Shown: piece by piece, positions 61,300 to 64,000 of the stretch | Position numbering within the stretch: the first letter of the stretch is position 1 | Layout of the letters: the number at the start of each line of letters is the position of its first letter | Source: Basidiobolus meristosporus CBS 931.73 | Taxonomy: Eukaryota > Fungi > Basidiobolomycota | Reading direction: 5' to 3' | DNA length: 64,000 nt | Assembly (NCBI GenBank): GCA_002104905.1 | Contig: MCFE01000375.1 | Location: forward strand, 1 to 64,000 | Notes under the pieces: model-generated | What the model was told of the DNA's origin: nothing | Seen by the model: only the letters and a program-made list of their open reading frames with translations | The model's database searches: none | Position numbers and translations under genes: made by a program

Positions 61300-64000
61300 A
61301 AAAGGAGAGAAAATCCTTTGATACCATTTGTAGCAATGTGCAAGTTTTTTTCATTGGATAAGCTCATGTTTCAAATACTACCAAAGCAGCATGGGAATCG
61401 TAGAAGAAGATCATTAGAGCAAAGTCAGCATCAAGAAAGCTTTATTGAAAACAAAAGTTCTCCAACAAGAAGAAGAAGCTGTATGACAACATGCTACAAC
61501 TCATTACCTGAATGGAGACACTGGCTGAAATTTTTTTACAGCATTATTGCAGGTGTGAATGTTGAAGAAAAGATACTGTGCCTGTTGTGCAGCTTACCAG
61601 GCATGTATGTGCTACTCATACATACTTTTGAAAGAAGAGTAGAAAATCCGACTTTGAACTATGTCAAAAGAAGACCTCTCCTTGAAGAATGCAGACATAG
61701 CAATCAGCTGAGAAAATCAAAGATAATGCTTTATTCAGCTCAGAAATGCACACAGAAAAGAAGGGAGATCAACAAAATTAAAGAAAACCTGGTCACTGTA
61801 ACTACTGTAAGAAGCTGAGTCTCTGGGCAAGAGAATGCAATAAGAAACAAGTAGACAAAAAACAGAAACCAGGCCAGGCATACCATATGGTTATTAATGA
61901 TAAGTTATTTGTGGCTGTACAAGAGAGTGCAAGTAGCCAAAGTAACAAATGGTCTATTGACTCTGGAGCATCACAGCATATTTGTGGTGTAATGGAGTGG
62001 TAGAGCAGCTAAAGACTATTCCCAACTGAAAGATTTATCTGGGAGACAACTCTGCACTGGAAGCTACCACCAGTGGGTCAAAGCAGCAAAATATCAGTGA
62101 TGTTTCAGGGGTAACAGCAGCAAAACTGACTGATGTGCACTATATACCTGGAATATCTAATAACCTACTCTCAGCCACTAAACCCACTACTCAGAGACTG
62201 AAATATGTTTTTATAAATCTGATCTGCTCAATATTATGCAAAATGAGCCAAAATTAGCTTAGTGAATCAGAGATCACAATTTATACCAGTTACAATGCAG
62301 GTTCATTATACCTGGGTATCTTACCATACTAAACTAATAAACAGACTTGGAGATGTGGCATAGGAGCCTACAACACATTAGGGTACAGAAAAAGATCCAA
62401 TTAGTGTAAAGCCAACTTGTTTTGAGACAAAATTACTCAAATACAATCAACTAGAATGCCTGTAAGAGTTGCTTCTGTGGTAAAAAAGCTACATGTTGTT
62501 TCAGGAGCTCAGGAGTCAATAACACCATCTAAATATTGCCTATTGTGTACCCAGACATATGTAGGCCCATGAGAGGATTGTGCTTCATTGCTGAGGGATA
62601 CTTGATGACGTTTATTGTTGTCAAGACAGGATTTAGAAGGGTGAACTTCTACAACACCAAGTATGAGGCCATGAAGATGTCTAAGCAATTCAAGAACATA
62701 GCTGAAACACAATTGGGGTCTAAGCTAAAGTTACTCTTAGGTGACAATGGAGGGGAATACTGCTTAAGGGAGTATGCATATTGCTGCTCATCTGCTGACA
62801 TACTTCAGCAGACCAGTGTTCCACATACTCCACAGCAAAATGGAGTAACAGAATGTGCAAATAGCACAATAACAGTGATGGCAGGGTCTATGCTACATGA
62901 TAAGCAAATGGACTGCAAGTATTGGGATGAGTCCATTGCAACTACAATATACATCAACTACAGATGCCTGTCAACAGTACTACAGGACTTTGCACCCTTT
63001 GAAGCATATTCAGTCAAAGAAATCAACCTCTAGCGCCCCATGATCTTTGGCAGTGATGTTTTTTGTCAAATGGCTGACAAAGAACACTCAAAGTTGGGAC
63101 CAAAGAGTAACAAAGGTTCTTTTTGGGTATTGTGAAGATACTAAAGAATATAGAGTGTATATGGACAATATTTGGAAGCTGATAAAGAGCCAAGATGTTG
63201 TATTTGAGGAGAATTTAGCTCAGAAAGCCACTGATATCATTTGTCATATGCCCGGTAATGCAACCAAACCTTTTGAAGAAGCTACACACATAACTCAGCC
63301 AGATACAAAAGATAGTTAGCAGTATCAGATCAAAGCAGATTATCCCAGTTAGGAGATCTACCAGAATAAAGAATGCCCCTGGATCTTGGTGGCTGACATC
63401 TAATGATCTTGAAGAAGCTTTACTTGCCTCATGTACTAAATCTCAGAATCCTCAACAGGCAATGCAAAGTCCCAATACTACTATGGGGCAACAGGCCATG
63501 AAGGAGGAGTACCAATCTCTGATCAAGGCAAGAATGTGGGAACTAGTAGATATACCAAATGGGAGAGAGCCAACAGGATGCAGATAGTTCTTCACATTCA
63601 AGATAACCTCAGTGATACCATTGATCAGTACAAAGCTAGGTTGGTGGCTAAAGGCTATTCCCAGATCCAGGGACTATACTTTAAGGAAACATTTGCTCTG
63701 GTTGCCAAATTTAACTCCATTACAACAGCTCTAGCCCTGGCAGCTATACACAGTCTGAACTATACCAAATAGACATCAAAGCAGTCTTTCTAAAAGGTGA
63801 TTTGCAAGACACTATATACATGTAGCAAACTGAAGATCTTTACAATGTAAAAGCTCCCAAAAGGTGTGCCAACTTTGGAAATTATTGTATTGACTTGTGC
63901 AGGCACCTAGAGCATGGTATTACAAGATTGAAACATATCAAGAGGATACTGTGCCCATTTGTAGCACTGTAGATCACAATTTGTGTGAAACAGCTCAAAT
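61300..64000 (+). mobile_element. Degenerate Ty1/Copia retrotransposon running off the window end
   Basis: gag (LLCSLPGMY...LTLNYVK-like), knuckle CNYCKK, protease WSIDSGASQHI, pre-integrase MWHRSL, integrase GDNGGEY/PHTPQQNG, RT YKARLVAKGYSQIQGLYFKETFA. Confidence 0.88.

Larger units (their letters stand above)
26100..64000. other. Gene-free, strongly CpG-depleted block of degenerate transposons
   Basis: By eye, CG dinucleotides fall from several per 60 nt line to roughly one per several hundred nt right after ~26,100. All recognisable coding fragments are TE-derived and stop-riddled. Confidence 0.9.

Overview
This is eukaryotic DNA, most likely from an early-diverging fungus. That is an inference from the 50-80 nt GT-AG introns and from MED25, HROB and HSBP1 homologues sitting beside fungal MtfA-type zinc fingers. 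The window has two sharply different parts. (1) About 1-26,100 is CpG-rich and holds ten recognisable genes: a small secreted protein, a TLDc/Oxr1 protein, an HROB-like OB-fold protein, a MED25-like protein with both VWA and ACID domains, HSBP1, mitochondrial uS17, and three intronless MtfA-like C2H2 paralogues (two of them head-to-head). (2) About 26,100-64,000 has no recognisable host gene, is almost free of CpG, and consists of degenerate nested transposons. A CACTA relic contains a complete Copia (TSD GTTGC), which contains an RT-less Gypsy with an extra ORF. The block also holds a chromovirus, two copies of another Ty3/Gypsy family, a second Copia, a two-ORF PIF/Harbinger-type element, and a ~740 bp palindromic MITE that appears to be built from two left ends of that element. 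All identifications come from reading motifs by eye; no database search was run.
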